Part shown: in pieces, positions 16,327-26,580 of the stretch | How the letters are laid out: each line of letters begins with the position of its first letter | Numbering within the stretch: position 1 is the first letter of the stretch | NCBI GenBank assembly: GCA_027306955.1 | Contig: DAHUXX010000098.1 | Span: 1-37,763 of the forward strand | Direction: 5' to 3' | DNA from: Acetobacteraceae bacterium | GTDB taxonomy: Bacteria > Pseudomonadota > Alphaproteobacteria > Acetobacterales > Acetobacteraceae | Length of the DNA: 37,763 bases | The notes under the pieces: model-generated | Told to the model about the DNA's origin: nothing | Seen by the model: only the letters and a program-made list of their open reading frames with translations | Database searches by the model: none | Translations under genes and position numbers: made by a program

Positions 16327-17832
16327 TCAGGCGGCGAGCTCCGTCGTGGCATCGAGCCCCAGCGCCTCCGCCAGCCGGTCGAGCCGGCGCGTGACACTCT
16401 CGCCCGCGAACACGCCGCTGCCCTCAGCAAGGCGCAACGTCAGCGTGGCGCCCATCTCAAGCGCAGTGCCGGCGAGCAGGGCCGTGGTGCCGGCCGAGAG
16501 CGTGTAGGCGAGCCGCAGCGCAACACCCAGGATGGTCGCGCGGCGCAGCGCCTCCGGATTCAACAGCCCGCGCGCCAGGCCAAGAAAGGGCGCATCCGGC
16601 TCCGCCTCGTAGCGCAAGGCCAGCGTGGTCGCGAGGAAGGCGCGCGCGTGGTGGTCGAGCGCGATCCCGGGTTGGCGCAGGATACGCAGATAGGCCTGCT
16701 CGGCGCGGTATTCGGGGTGGTCGTGGCTGCCAATGTCGCTCATCCAGCAGGCGACCGTGCGCAGCCGCCGCTGCTCCGCTGTCTCGGCAGGGAACAGCGG
16801 CGTGGTCCAGGCCGCAAGCGCTGGCGGCAGCTCGGGGTCGCGGCCGAGCCGTACCGCGTATTCGCGCCCGGCGGAAAGCAGCGGGTCCTCGCGGCGCACG
16901 GCTTCCGGCACCTGCGCCATGAACCAACCCTCGCGCAGCCCGTTGGCGGAGAACACCACCCGCCGCGCCCCGGTCGCGCGCAGCAGCCGGCGCAGCACGA
17001 TCGCGGCATAGGGCAGGTCGTCGATGCGTCGCCGCGGCGCGCCGGCCATGCGTTCCAGGGCCCGCCGCCCCGCACCCGCGATCACACCGGCGAGGTCGCG
17101 CGCCTCATCCCGCCCGATCGTGTAGTGATGCACCATGTTGAGCGGATAGCGCGTCTGCGCGATGTGGATGCGCGCCAGCGCCCGCCAGGCGCCGCCCACG
17201 ACATAGAGGTCGCGGCCCGCTCCCTCGGCGAGCCAGGGCACCGTCGCCAGCTCTGTCTCCGCCAGCGCGCGCGCCCGCGCCGCGTCATCGCCCGCCCGCT
17301 CGGCCAGCCGGATGACGCCGATGGGCAGCGTCGCCGCGGCACCGCTGCGCCCGGCATCGAGCCGCACCAGTTCCAGCGAGCCGCCGCCAATATCGGCGAG
17401 GATGCCGTCGGCGCTCGGAATGCCGCACAGCACACCTGCGGCCGAGAGCGCCGCCTCCTCCGCGCCGGAAAGCACCCGGATCCTCGCATCGGGCATCCGC
17501 GCGGCCAGCGTGGCCACGAATTCGGGCCCGTTCCTCGCGTCGCGCACGGCGGAGGTGGCCAGCACCTCGAACGGCGAGGCGCCCATCGCCTCGGCGATTG
17601 CGCGATAGCGGTTCATCACCGTCAGCGTCTGCGCCACCGCCTCGGCGTTGAGCCGCCCCGTGGTGCTGACGCCGCGGCCAAGCCGCAGCACCGCCTTCTC
17701 GTTGAAGATCGCGATCGGGTTGCGCCCCAGCCCCTCGAACACGACGAGACGGACGGAGTTGGAACCGAGGTCGACCACCGCGGAACGCGATAGTCGGCCG
17801 GTGGGAAGCGACGTTTCGGAGGAAGACGGCAA
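16327..17832 (-). CDS. ppx: exopolyphosphatase (Ppx/GppA family)
   Basis: Contains VVDLGSNSVRLVVF.., ..ADIGGGSLEL.., and a C-terminal HD-like domain. Length is 501 aa. It begins 8 nt after the ppk1 stop. Confidence 0.9.
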   Translation of the reverse strand: MPSSSETSLPTGRLSRSAVVDLGSNSVRLVVFEGLGRNPIAIFNEKAVLRLGRGVSTTGRLNAEAVAQTLTVMNRYRAIAEAMGASPFEVLATSAVRDARNGPEFVATLAARMPDARIRVLSGAEEAALSAAGVLCGIPSADGILADIGGGSLELVRLDAGRSGAAATLPIGVIRLAERAGDDAARARALAETELATVPWLAEGAGRDLYVVGGAWRALARIHIAQTRYPLNMVHHYTIGRDEARDLAGVIAGAGRRALERMAGAPRRRIDDLPYAAIVLRRLLRATGARRVVFSANGLREGWFMAQVPEAVRREDPLLSAGREYAVRLGRDPELPPALAAWTTPLFPAETAEQRRLRTVACWMSDIGSHDHPEYRAEQAYLRILRQPGIALDHHARAFLATTLALRYEAEPDAPFLGLARGLLNPEALRRATILGVALRLAYTLSAGTTALLAGTALEMGATLTLRLAEGSGVFAGESVTRRLDRLAEALGLDATTELAA

Positions 17833-17840
17833 AGGCGGCC

Positions 17841-20066
17841 TCAGTCCTCGCTCACCCGATCGGGTTTGCGCCCGGCATGCGGCGCCGTCGCGTCGCCCCG
17901 CAGCGCGGAGCCGCGGCCGGACAGCGAGGGGTTGGTCATGAAGTGCTCATGGGCAGAGAAGCGCTTCTTGCCACCCGCGGCGACCCGCCGCCATACCCCA
18001 TCCGCGCCGAGCTCCCATGACTGCGCGGTATCACGCAGGTTGGTCACCATGATCTGGTCCAGAACCTGGGCGTGCACGGTGGGGTTGTGGATCGGCACCA
18101 GCGTCTCCACCCGCCATTCCATGTTGCGCGCCATCCAGTCGGCCGAGGAGATAAACACCAGGGCCTGGCGCGATGGCAGCGGCGCGCCGTTGCCGAACAC
18201 GCAGATGCGCGCGTGCTCCAGGAAGCGCCCGATGATGGATTTGACGTGGATGTTCTCGGAGAGGCCCGCAACACCCGGTCGCAGGCAGCAGATGCCGCGG
18301 ATCACCGCCTCGATCTTCACCCCGGCGCAAGACGCGGCGTAGAGCCGGTCGATCAGTGCCTCGTCCACCAGCGAGTTGAGCTTGACCCAGATCGCGGCGG
18401 GCTGCCCCGCGCGCGCGAACGCGATCTCCTGGTCGATCAGCTCCACCAGGGTCGAGCGGGTGGTGAGCGGCGAGAACGCCAGCGCCTCCATCCGCTCCGG
18501 CCGCGCGTAGCCGGTCATGTAGTTGAACAGCCGCGCCGAATCGCGCGTCAGCTCCGGCTCGCAGGTGAAGAAGCTGAGATCGGTGTAGGTCCGCGCCGTG
18601 ATCGGGTGGTAGTTGCCGGTGCCGAAATGCGCGTAGGAGCGCAGCGTGCCGCCCTCGCGGCGGACCACGAGCGACAGCTTCGCGTGCGTCTTGAGCTCGG
18701 TGAAGCCGAACACGACCTGCACGCCGGCGGCCTCCAGCTCCCGCGCGAGCCGGATGTTCGCCTCCTCGTCGAAGCGCGCGCGCAGCTCCACCATGGCGGT
18801 GACAGTCTTGCCGGATTCCGCCGCCTCGATCAGCGCCTTGACGATCGGGCTGTCGCGGCTGGTCCGGTAGAGCGTCTGCTTCACCGCCACGACGGCGGGG
18901 TCGCGCGCCGCCTGGCGGAGGAACTGCACCACCACGTCGAAACTCTCGAACGGGTGGTGGACGATGATGTCCTTGGCACGGATCGCGGCGAAGCAGTCGC
19001 CGCCGAAATCGCGGATGCGCTCGGGGAAGCGCGGCGTATAGGGCGCGAACAGCAGGTCCGGCCGGTCGTCGACGATCATCTGCCGGAGGTCGACGAGGCC
19101 GAGCAGCCCTTCGGTCACCTGGGTCTGGCTGGGAACCGCGCCGAGCGCGTCCGTGACCAGCTCGCGCAGCCCCTGCGGCATCGCGGCGTCGAGCGTAAGA
19201 TGGATCGCAACGCCACGGCGGCGGCGCTTCAGCGCCGTCTCGTAGGAGCGGACGAGATCCTCCGCCTCCTCCTCGAACTCCACGTCGCTGTCGCGGATCA
19301 GGCGGAACAGACCCTCGCCCACCACGGTCGCCGCCGGGAACAGGCGCGGTAGCGAGAGCGAGATCAGGTGCTCGAGCAGCACGAAGCGGATGCCGCCCCC
19401 ACTCGCGCCAGCATCGCCGCGCGGCGGCAGGCGGATGAAACGCTCAATCTGCGCCGGGATCGGGATGAGGGCGGGCGTCGGCGCCGGATCGCCCTCGCGC
19501 ACCAGCAGCAGCGCCATCACCAGGCCCAGATTGGGCACGAACGGGAACGGGTGGGCGGGGTCGACAGCGAGCGGCGTCAGCACCGGGAACACCCGCTCCA
19601 TGAACCAGGCATCGAGCCAGGCGCGGTCCTCGCCATCGAGCTCCGCGGGATCGACGACGCGGATGCCGGCCGTCGCGAGTTCCGCGCGCAGATCCGCCCA
19701 GGCGTGCAGCTGCTCGGCAACCAGCTCGCCAATGCGCGCCTCGACCGCAGCCAGTTGCTGCGACGGCGTCAGCCCGTCCGGCGAGAGCGCGGTGATCCCC
19801 GCCTTCGCCTGCCCGACCAGGCCCGCGACGCGGACCGAATAGAATTCGTCGAGATTGTCGGCGGAGATCGAGACGAAGCGCAGCCGCTCCAGCAGCGGGT
19901 GGCGGCGGTTCGCGGCCTCCGCGATCACGCGCGCGTTGAAGGCGAGCCAGGACAGCTCACGGTTGATGAACCGGTGCGGCGACTGGGCAGTGACGGGCTC
20001 CACAGCCGTCGACAGTCCGCGATGCGGCGGCTCGGCGGCGTGGATCGGCATGTCGGGGGCGTTCAT
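17841..20066 (-). CDS. ppk: polyphosphate kinase 1
   Basis: 741 aa. Contains [15 protein letters not shown], the catalytic-His region ..[14 protein letters not shown].., and two PLD-like C-terminal domains. Confidence 0.95.
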   Translation of the reverse strand: MNAPDMPIHAAEPPHRGLSTAVEPVTAQSPHRFINRELSWLAFNARVIAEAANRRHPLLERLRFVSISADNLDEFYSVRVAGLVGQAKAGITALSPDGLTPSQQLAAVEARIGELVAEQLHAWADLRAELATAGIRVVDPAELDGEDRAWLDAWFMERVFPVLTPLAVDPAHPFPFVPNLGLVMALLLVREGDPAPTPALIPIPAQIERFIRLPPRGDAGASGGGIRFVLLEHLISLSLPRLFPAATVVGEGLFRLIRDSDVEFEEEAEDLVRSYETALKRRRRGVAIHLTLDAAMPQGLRELVTDALGAVPSQTQVTEGLLGLVDLRQMIVDDRPDLLFAPYTPRFPERIRDFGGDCFAAIRAKDIIVHHPFESFDVVVQFLRQAARDPAVVAVKQTLYRTSRDSPIVKALIEAAESGKTVTAMVELRARFDEEANIRLARELEAAGVQVVFGFTELKTHAKLSLVVRREGGTLRSYAHFGTGNYHPITARTYTDLSFFTCEPELTRDSARLFNYMTGYARPERMEALAFSPLTTRSTLVELIDQEIAFARAGQPAAIWVKLNSLVDEALIDRLYAASCAGVKIEAVIRGICCLRPGVAGLSENIHVKSIIGRFLEHARICVFGNGAPLPSRQALVFISSADWMARNMEWRVETLVPIHNPTVHAQVLDQIMVTNLRDTAQSWELGADGVWRRVAAGGKKRFSAHEHFMTNPSLSGRGSALRGDATAPHAGRKPDRVSED

Positions 20067-20089
20067 CCGGCGCTCCTGTGCCCGCGAGT

Positions 20090-20842
20090 TTACAGGAACG
20101 GCAGGCGAATTGGGGAGGCCGCGTCCGCCGCCATCGTGAAATCTTCATCAGGGTCCGGTTCCGGGGGATCGGACTCCGGTTCCGCCTCCGGCAGCACCAG
20201 GTCCGCCAGCACCGCTGCCGCCAACGATCGGGTCACGCGCCGCCCGAGGGCGAGGCTCGCGCGGTCGAGCCGCGCCGCCAGCTCGCGCAGCAGGCCGGGG
20301 TCGCGCGGCGCACGGCGCAGCAGCCAGGCCCGCAGCGCGGGCGTCAGCAACAGCTGCCGCTCGTCCAGCAGGCGCGCGAACAGCGCCTCCAGCAGCGCGT
20401 CCTCGGGAGGCCCGATCGCGACCGCGAGGCTCGCACGCATCCGGCTCGCGAGGTCCGGAAGCGCGATGTGCCAGCGCGACGGCGGCTCGCGCGAAGCGAG
20501 CAGGACCAGCTGCCCGGCCTCGGCGGCCGCGTTGAGCAAATGGAACAACGCCTCCTCGTCGAGGAGGTCCGCGTCATCCACCACGACCGGGGCGGGCGGC
20601 GCCGGCCGCTTGCCGCCGCGCCACGGCAGACCGCCATGTTCCGCGGACCAGAGCGCCAGCATGTGGCTCTTGCCCGTGGCCGGCCCGCCCCACAGCACCA
20701 GCCGACCCAGCGGCCAGCGATCGGGGGCTGCGAGCCAGCGCCGCGCCTCTGCATTGGACGGCATTTCGACCAGCGGCTCGCGCGCCAGGTCGGCGGCGGC
20801 GCAGGGCAGCGGCAGCGCCATTTGCCGCGCCATCACGGCCAA
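20090..20842 (-). CDS. hdaA: DnaA-related replication regulator HdaA (Hda homologue)
   Basis: An N-terminal clamp-binding-type hexapeptide QMALPL is present (compare E. coli Hda QLSLPL). The AAA+ Walker A is GGPATGKSH, with a Walker B-like VVVDDAD. Length is ~250 aa, and the start could instead be at 20833. Confidence 0.78.
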   Translation of the reverse strand: MAVMARQMALPLPCAAADLAREPLVEMPSNAEARRWLAAPDRWPLGRLVLWGGPATGKSHMLALWSAEHGGLPWRGGKRPAPPAPVVVDDADLLDEEALFHLLNAAAEAGQLVLLASREPPSRWHIALPDLASRMRASLAVAIGPPEDALLEALFARLLDERQLLLTPALRAWLLRRAPRDPGLLRELAARLDRASLALGRRVTRSLAAAVLADLVLPEAEPESDPPEPDPDEDFTMAADAASPIRLPFL

Positions 20843-20846
20843 TCCG

Positions 20847-21950
20847 TCACGTCCCGCCCGCCCCTGCGGGCGGATCGAGATAAAGCGGGCTCTTGAGATA
20901 GCGGCGCAGCCAGAAGCGGCTCAGCACCCCGATCACCGCCGAAACCGGCACCGCCAGCAGCACGCCGAGGAAGCCGAAAGCCTCGGCGCCGGCAAACAGG
21001 GCGAAGATCACCCACACCGCGTGCAGCTCCACCCGGTCGCCGAGGAAGCGCGGATAGATGAAATAGTTCTCGAAGATCTGGCCGAGCCCGAACACCACCA
21101 GGATCTTGATGATCCCCGCCCACGTGCCCCATTGCCCGGCCGCCAGCGCCAGCGAGGAAACAAAGCCGGTGATGGTGCCAACATAGGGCATGAAGGAGAG
21201 CGTGCCCGTCGCCAGCCCCACGATCAGCCCGAGATCGAGCCCGGCGACCGTGAGCCCCGTAGCGTAGAACGCCGCCAGTGCCACGCAGCTCAGCGCCTGC
21301 CCGCGCAGCCAGGCCGAGAGAATCCGGTCCACCTCCCGCGCCTGCTCGCGGATGATGCCGGCGTAGCGGTGCGGCAGCCAGGAATCGACGCTCGCCACCA
21401 CCCCCGGCCAGTCCCTGAGGAGGTAGAACGCCACCAGCGGCGTCACCACCAACAGCATGATCACGTTGAACAGCGCGAAGCTGCCGCCGATCAGGCGCGA
21501 GGCCGCGGTGCCGATGAAGGACAGAACCGTCCCCGCCTCGCTGCTGACGAGCCCCTGGAGCTTGGTGTCGATCACGCCGGGGCCCAGCTGCTGCTGCAGC
21601 CGGTTGAGGGTCTTGTCCGCCAGCGCCTGCAGGTCGAGGACATAGGCCGGCAGCCGGCGCAGCAGCAGGCCCAGCTGCACCATCACCAGCGGATAGAGCA
21701 ACAGCACCGCCAGCGTGCCGAGCAGGATCAAGCCCACCACCAACAGCCCGGCGGCGTAGGGGCGGCCGATCCCGACACGGGTCATCCTGGTTGCCAACGG
21801 GTCCAGGAAATAGGCAACCACGGCAGCCGCGACGAAGGGCACCAGCACCGCGGAGAACAGCTGCAGCGCCAGCCAGAACCCCACCAGCAGCGCCGCGAGG
21901 AAGGCGAGCCGCTGTGCGCGCGAGGCGCCTTGCTGTGCGCTGTCGCTCAT
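20847..21950 (-). CDS. AI-2E family transporter (PerM/UPF0118 permease)
   Basis: 367-aa polytopic protein with a family-typical C-terminal half (..MPYVGTITGFV...FGFLGVLLAVPV..). The start at MSDSAQQG.. overlaps the upstream gene stop (ATGA). Confidence 0.82.
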   Translation of the reverse strand: MSDSAQQGASRAQRLAFLAALLVGFWLALQLFSAVLVPFVAAAVVAYFLDPLATRMTRVGIGRPYAAGLLVVGLILLGTLAVLLLYPLVMVQLGLLLRRLPAYVLDLQALADKTLNRLQQQLGPGVIDTKLQGLVSSEAGTVLSFIGTAASRLIGGSFALFNVIMLLVVTPLVAFYLLRDWPGVVASVDSWLPHRYAGIIREQAREVDRILSAWLRGQALSCVALAAFYATGLTVAGLDLGLIVGLATGTLSFMPYVGTITGFVSSLALAAGQWGTWAGIIKILVVFGLGQIFENYFIYPRFLGDRVELHAVWVIFALFAGAEAFGFLGVLLAVPVSAVIGVLSRFWLRRYLKSPLYLDPPAGAGGT

Positions 21951-22522
21951 GCCGCGCCGCCCCGCGCCACCACCAGCACATAGCCGGCGCCGGAGGCGAG
22001 CGTGCTCACCACCACCAGCGTCGTGAGCGCATCGATCACGTCGCCCGGCACCGGCATGCCCCCGGCGCGCAGCAGGGCCAGTCCGATCAACACGATCTGC
22101 AGCACCGTGTTGAGCTTGGAGAGCAACAGCGGGCGGATCTCGACCCGTTGTCCCAGCATCGTCAGCACCAGCACGCCGCCCACGATCACCACGTCGCGGA
22201 ACACCACCAGGATCGCCAGCCAGTCCCACACCTCCCCCACCGCGGCGAGGGTGACATAGGTGGAAACCAGCAGCGCCTTGTCGGCCAGCGGGTCGAGCAC
22301 CGCACCGATCCGCGTCGGCCCCTGGCGGCGCGCCAGCCAGCCGTCGACGCCGTCCGAGATGCCGGCGAGGGTGAACAGCGCGAAGGCGGCGAGGGAATGG
22401 TCGTGCAGCACCAGCCAGACCGTCGCGGGCACCGCGCAGATGCGCGCCAGCGTGATGACGTTGGGCAGAGTCAGCAGATCGCCGAGCAGGGGCGCCGTGC
22501 CGACAGGGCTACCGTCCGGCAT
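21947..22522 (-). CDS. CDP-alcohol phosphatidyltransferase family protein (PgsA-like)
   Basis: Carries the motif D-G-x2-A-R-x8-G-x3-D-x3-D as [27 protein letters not shown]. 191 aa, several TMs, and GGAGA upstream of the ATG at 22522. Confidence 0.8.
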   Translation of the reverse strand: MPDGSPVGTAPLLGDLLTLPNVITLARICAVPATVWLVLHDHSLAAFALFTLAGISDGVDGWLARRQGPTRIGAVLDPLADKALLVSTYVTLAAVGEVWDWLAILVVFRDVVIVGGVLVLTMLGQRVEIRPLLLSKLNTVLQIVLIGLALLRAGGMPVPGDVIDALTTLVVVSTLASGAGYVLVVARGGAA

Positions 22523-22553
22523 CGTCTCCCCGATTGTCGGCGCCCGGCCGGTT

Positions 22554-22584
22554 GGCCGGATTGGGCGGGTGGGCCGGATTGGGC
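22554..22584. repeat. 13-bp direct repeat GGCCGGATTGGGC x2 (period 18 bp) in the divergent PgsA-like/purM promoter region
   Basis: Read directly: copies at 22554-22566 and 22572-22584. Function is unknown. Confidence 0.9.
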
Positions 22585-22637
22585 AATTGCGTCTCCTCGG
22601 TGGCGCTTTCGCTCGTGACCTTATACACGGCCCCGCC

Positions 22638-23696
22638 ATGACCGGTATGACCTATCGCGACGCAGGCGTGGACATCGAGGCGGGGGATGCGCTGGTCGAG
22701 CGCATCAAGCCCGCGGCCAGGGCAACCTTGCGGCCCGGCGTGCTCGGCGGGCTCGGCGGCTTCGGCGCCCTGTTCGACCCGCGCGCAGCCGGCTTCACGG
22801 ACCCGATCCTGGTCGCTACCACGGACGGCGTGGGCACCAAGCTGCGCGTCGCGATCGAGGCGGGCCGGCATGGCGGCGTCGGCCAGGACCTGGTCGCGAT
22901 GTGCGTCAACGACCTCGTCGTGCAGGGCGCCACGCCGCTGTTCTTCCTCGACTATTACGCGACCGGTGCACTCGATATTGACGCCGCCGCCGCGGTGATC
23001 GACGGCATCGCCACCGGCTGCAGGCTCGCCGAGTGCGCGCTGGTGGGCGGCGAGACCGCCGAAATGCCCGGCATGTACGGCAAGGACGACTACGACCTCG
23101 CGGGCTTCGCGGTGGGGGCGGCGGAGCGTGGCACGTTGCTGCCCCAGGGGGTCGCACCGGGCCAGACCGTGCTCGGCCTTGCTTCCTCCGGCGTGCATTC
23201 GAACGGCTTCTCGCTCGTTCGCCGCGTCGTCGCCGCCAGCAGCCAGGGCTGGGCCTCGCCGGCGCCGTTCGCCATGGACAACACGCTCGCGGAGGCACTG
23301 CTGGAGCCGACGCGCATCTATGTCCGGCCGCTGCTCGCCTTGCACCGCGCGGGGCTGATGCGTGCGGCGGCGCACATCACCGGCGGCGGCCTGCCCGGCA
23401 ACCTGCCGCGCGTGCTGCCTGCGGGGACACGCGCCGTCATCGCCGCGAACTGGACGCTGCCGCCGGTATTCCGCTGGCTCGCCCGCGCCGGCGGGGTCGC
23501 CGCCACCGAGATGCTGCGCGTGTTCAACTGCGGGATCGGCATGGCCGTGGTGACCGATGACGCCGCCGCCGCGACCGCGGTGCTGGAAGCGGCTGGCGAG
23601 ACGGTGGTCGAGCTGGGCCGCATACAGGCGCAGGAGAGCTCGCACGACGGCAGGCCCGACGTCGTGATCGACATCCCGCCCGGATGGCTCGGGTGA
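22638..23696 (+). CDS. purM: phosphoribosylformylglycinamidine cyclo-ligase (AIR synthetase)
   Basis: [25 protein letters not shown]...DGVGTKL...[10 protein letters not shown] are typical PurM segments. Confidence 0.95.
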   Translation: MTGMTYRDAGVDIEAGDALVERIKPAARATLRPGVLGGLGGFGALFDPRAAGFTDPILVATTDGVGTKLRVAIEAGRHGGVGQDLVAMCVNDLVVQGATPLFFLDYYATGALDIDAAAAVIDGIATGCRLAECALVGGETAEMPGMYGKDDYDLAGFAVGAAERGTLLPQGVAPGQTVLGLASSGVHSNGFSLVRRVVAASSQGWASPAPFAMDNTLAEALLEPTRIYVRPLLALHRAGLMRAAAHITGGGLPGNLPRVLPAGTRAVIAANWTLPPVFRWLARAGGVAATEMLRVFNCGIGMAVVTDDAAAATAVLEAAGETVVELGRIQAQESSHDGRPDVVIDIPPGWLG

Positions 23697-24328
23697 AGCG
23701 ACGCGTCGGCGTCCTGATCTCCGGGCGCGGCTCCAACATGGTGGCGCTGGCCGAGGCGGCGCGCGACCCGGCCTACCCGGCCGAGATCGCGGTGGTGATC
23801 TCGAACGACCCCACCGCGGCCGGACTCGCACTGGCCGAGGCGCGCGGCATCGCCACACGCGCCATCCCGCACCGCGCCTTCGGCCGCGACCGCGCGGCGC
23901 ACGAGGCGGCGATCGACGCGGCGTTGGCTGCCGAGGAAGTCGAGGTGCTCTGCCTCGCCGGCTACATGCGCCTGCTCACCCCGTTCCTGGTCGGCCGCTA
24001 TTCCGGGCGGATGCTTAACATTCACCCCTCGCTGCTGCCCGCCTTCCCGGGGCTCGACACGCATGCGCGCGCGCTCGCCGCCGGCGTGAAGTTCCACGGC
24101 TGCACGGTCCACCTGGTCACCGAGGCGATGGACGAGGGCCCGATCCTGGCTCAGGCCGCCGTGCCGGTGCGGCCCGGCGACGACGAGGCGGCGCTGGCCC
24201 AGCGGGTGCTCGCCGAGGAGCACATCCTCTATGCCGCGGCGCTGGCCCGCTTCCTGCGCGGCGACCCTGGACGGGCACCGACGACCGCCTTGCACAACCC
24301 CTTGCCCGATGTGCTTCCTGCCCCCTAA
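23684..24328 (+). CDS. purN: phosphoribosylglycinamide formyltransferase
   Basis: Contains [12 protein letters not shown].., ..[12 protein letters not shown].., ..GCTVHLV...DEGPIL. It overlaps the purM 3' end by 13 nt. Confidence 0.93.
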   Translation: MARVKRRVGVLISGRGSNMVALAEAARDPAYPAEIAVVISNDPTAAGLALAEARGIATRAIPHRAFGRDRAAHEAAIDAALAAEEVEVLCLAGYMRLLTPFLVGRYSGRMLNIHPSLLPAFPGLDTHARALAAGVKFHGCTVHLVTEAMDEGPILAQAAVPVRPGDDEAALAQRVLAEEHILYAAALARFLRGDPGRAPTTALHNPLPDVLPAP

Positions 24329-24358
24329 AAATACGCCCAACGACAAGTGAGAGCGAGC

Positions 24359-24502
24359 ATGGCCACCTCCTTACAGCCCGTGACCGAGGAAGCCTTCACC
24401 GAGGACCGGAAGCATTTCCACCACAGCTTCGTCGCCTTCGTGACCATGGCCGCGACGGCGATCGCGGTACTGCTGATTCTGATGGCGTATTTCCTGACCT
24501 GA
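24359..24502 (+). CDS. 47-aa single-TM protein resembling bacterial aa3-type cytochrome c oxidase subunit IV (COX4_pro_2-like)
   Basis: It is not in the supplied track because it is under 60 aa. My own translation is MATSLQPVTEEAFTEDRKHFHHSFVAFVTMAATAIAVLLILMAYFLT*. The pattern D-x-[RK]-H-x3-[ST]-F-x2-F followed by a TM helix resembles Paracoccus/Rhodobacter subunit IV. The SD is weak. Confidence 0.45.
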   Translation: MATSLQPVTEEAFTEDRKHFHHSFVAFVTMAATAIAVLLILMAYFLT

Positions 24503-24516
24503 GCCACGCCATACCG

Positions 24517-24540
24517 GCCGGCGTCGCAACGAGCGCCGGC
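24517..24540. terminator. GC-rich hairpin (7-bp stem GCCGGCG/CGCCGGC, 10-nt loop) between convergent genes; possible bidirectional terminator
   Basis: Read directly. There is no flanking U-tract, so intrinsic-terminator status is weak. Confidence 0.25.
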
Positions 24541-24569
24541 GAATCCTCCGCGAACGGACGCGGATGGTT

Positions 24570-25157
24570 CTAGATCAGGTCTTCGGCCAGCGCCGCGCGC
24601 GTCGCCTCGGGCAGCACGGTCATATGCGCGTAGTGCGGGTGATCGAGGCCGAGGACGACGCGCGAACCCGGCTCCCGCAGAGCCGCCACCGCCGCCTCGT
24701 CAAGCGGAAAATGCACGAACTGCACGGAGGATGCCTTGCCCTGCGCCGTGGTGCGGTCCTGGTCGGTCTCCGCCGCCGCCTTGACGCGATGCCCACCGAT
24801 CTCGAGGAACGCCGTCTCCTCGATGCCGCCGAGCGTGGAGAGCACGCGCTTGCGGCGCTCCGGATCGTCGATCTCGATCATGAAGGTCGCGACCAGCTCC
24901 CGCCCGTTGGGGATGAGCGGGTTGTAGGCAGCGAGCTCGTCGGGCAGCTGCGCGTCGCCGCCCTTCTCGATGTGCAGCATCTCCTGCACCTGGTGCCACA
25001 TCGTGTGCCAGTTCTCGAAGAAGAAGGTGACGAACGGCCCCACCGCGACGCGGCGCGGCCGCTTGATCGCCGTCATCCGGGTCCGCCACTCGCGGCGCCG
25101 CGTCGCGTAGGTTTCCCACGGCAGGATGTCCGCGGGGTCGATCACCGTCTTCGCCAT
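24570..25157 (-). CDS. DUF3501-family protein (uncharacterised)
   Basis: ~195 aa: ..DILPWETYATRRREWRTRMTAIKRPRRVAVGPFVTFFFENWHTMWHQVQEMLHIEKG... I recognise this as DUF3501 from memory. The start is either 25157 (GGAG 9 nt upstream) or 25166. It begins 4-13 nt after the Fe-S gene stop. Confidence 0.75.
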   Translation of the reverse strand: MAKTVIDPADILPWETYATRRREWRTRMTAIKRPRRVAVGPFVTFFFENWHTMWHQVQEMLHIEKGGDAQLPDELAAYNPLIPNGRELVATFMIEIDDPERRKRVLSTLGGIEETAFLEIGGHRVKAAAETDQDRTTAQGKASSVQFVHFPLDEAAVAALREPGSRVVLGLDHPHYAHMTVLPEATRAALAEDLI

Positions 25158-25170
25158 CGCCGTCATCTCC

Positions 25171-26565
25171 TCAAACCTCGATCCCATAGGCGCGCGCCAT
25201 CAGGATGATCGGATGCGAAACGACCTCGGGCACCGGCGCGTCACCGCCGGCGCGGTGCATTGCCTGGTCCAGATGCATCGCCGCCAGCGGACACTCGGAG
25301 GTCGCGACCGGCTTGCCCGCGCCCTGCAGCGCGCGCGCCGCCGGCCGCCCGACCTTCATCGCCACCGCGAAATTCTCGTGGCGGAAGCCCCAGGAGCCGC
25401 CGTGTCCGGAGCAGCGCTCCACCACGCCGACATCCGCCCCGGGGATCAGTCGCAGCATCTCGGCTGCCTTCTGTCCCATGTTCTGCGCGCGCGCGTGGCA
25501 GGCCATATGCACGGCAACGCCGCCCGGCAGCGACGAGAGGCCGGGGGCGAGCCCCTCCTTCCTCGCGATATCGACGACGTATTCGCAGATGTCGAAGGTG
25601 GCAGCCGCGAGCTTCTTCACGCCCACATGCTGCGGCAGCACCAGCGGCCACTCGAATTTCAGCATCAGCCCGCAGGACGGAATCGGGGCGACGACGTCGT
25701 AGCCCTTCTCGATCCACGGCGCGAAGGCATCGGCGGCGCGCTTCGCGGCCTCCGCGACATCGGCAAGACGGCCCTGCTCCAGCAGCGGCATGCCGCAGCA
25801 GCCCGGGTGCAGCACCTCAGCCCTGATGCCGTTCCGCGCCAGCACGCCGAGCGCGGCGTGGCCGATCGCCGCGTCGTTGTTGTTCACCCAGCAGGTCGCG
25901 AACAGCACCACTTTGCGCCCCGCGGCGGGCGCGGTGTGGTTCACCTCCGGCGGGTCGGTGCGCGCGCTGATGGTGAAGCGATGGCTTTCGTAGCGCGGCA
26001 GTTCCGCCTCGCGGTCGAAGCCGACGATCTTCTCGAGGATCGGCCGCGTGACCTCGTTGCCGCGCTTGAGCACCCAGTTGGCCAGCGGGGCGGCAAGCGT
26101 GCCGAGGGCACCCACGACCTCGGTCGCGGCGAGCCTGCGGTCCAGCATGCCGAGCCTGTGCGCCTCCGCCGCGCGGGCGCGCAGCATAAGGTGGGGGAAA
26201 TCCAGATCGAAGGCATGCGGCGGCACGTATGGGCATTTCGTCATGAAGCACATGTCGCAGAGCGTGCAGGCCTCGGCGACGGGCTTGAAATCGGCGCTGT
26301 CCACCGCGTCCAGCTCGCCCGTCTTCGACGCATCGATCAGGTCAAACAGGCGCGGGAAGGAATCGCAGAGATTGAAGCAGCGGCGGCAGCCGTGACAGAT
26401 GTCGAAGACGCGGCGGAGTTCCGCGTCGATCGCCTCGGGATCGAGCCAGGCTTCGTCCTGCCAAGGGATCGGGTGGCGCGTCGGCGCCTCGAGACTGCCT
26501 TCTCTCATCGGGTCGTGCCGCGCGGCAACGTACCGGCCCCGGGCGAGGCCGGGACCGGAGTTCAT
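25171..26565 (-). CDS. (Fe-S)-binding oxidoreductase with two 4Fe-4S ferredoxin motifs and CCG cysteine-rich domains (HdrD/GlpC/GlcF-like)
   Basis: Contains [11 protein letters not shown] and [13 protein letters not shown]. The first CCG-type domain is ..FATCWVNN...HPGCCGMP...IPSCG... The second is degenerate: ..MACHAR...[10 protein letters not shown]...SECP. Length is 464 aa. Confidence 0.85.
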   Translation of the reverse strand: MNSGPGLARGRYVAARHDPMREGSLEAPTRHPIPWQDEAWLDPEAIDAELRRVFDICHGCRRCFNLCDSFPRLFDLIDASKTGELDAVDSADFKPVAEACTLCDMCFMTKCPYVPPHAFDLDFPHLMLRARAAEAHRLGMLDRRLAATEVVGALGTLAAPLANWVLKRGNEVTRPILEKIVGFDREAELPRYESHRFTISARTDPPEVNHTAPAAGRKVVLFATCWVNNNDAAIGHAALGVLARNGIRAEVLHPGCCGMPLLEQGRLADVAEAAKRAADAFAPWIEKGYDVVAPIPSCGLMLKFEWPLVLPQHVGVKKLAAATFDICEYVVDIARKEGLAPGLSSLPGGVAVHMACHARAQNMGQKAAEMLRLIPGADVGVVERCSGHGGSWGFRHENFAVAMKVGRPAARALQGAGKPVATSECPLAAMHLDQAMHRAGGDAPVPEVVSHPIILMARAYGIEV

Positions 26566-26580
26566 TGCGCCTGCGCGTCG

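Noticed and set aside
19368-21983. An 871-aa open reading frame on the + strand spanning ppk1, hdaA and the AI-2E permease region.
   Set aside because: It lies entirely antisense to three well-supported minus-strand genes. Its translation is low-complexity and Arg/Ala/Gly/Pro/Ser-rich with no recognisable motif. Long stop-free antisense frames are expected in DNA this GC-rich.
24325-24507. The 60-aa minus-strand ORF in the supplied track, between purN and the DUF3501 gene.
   Set aside because: The opposite (+) strand encodes a 47-aa protein with a coherent polar head plus TM helix and oxidase-subunit-IV-like pattern. The minus-strand product has no such features and would be an isolated gene without a plausible start context.
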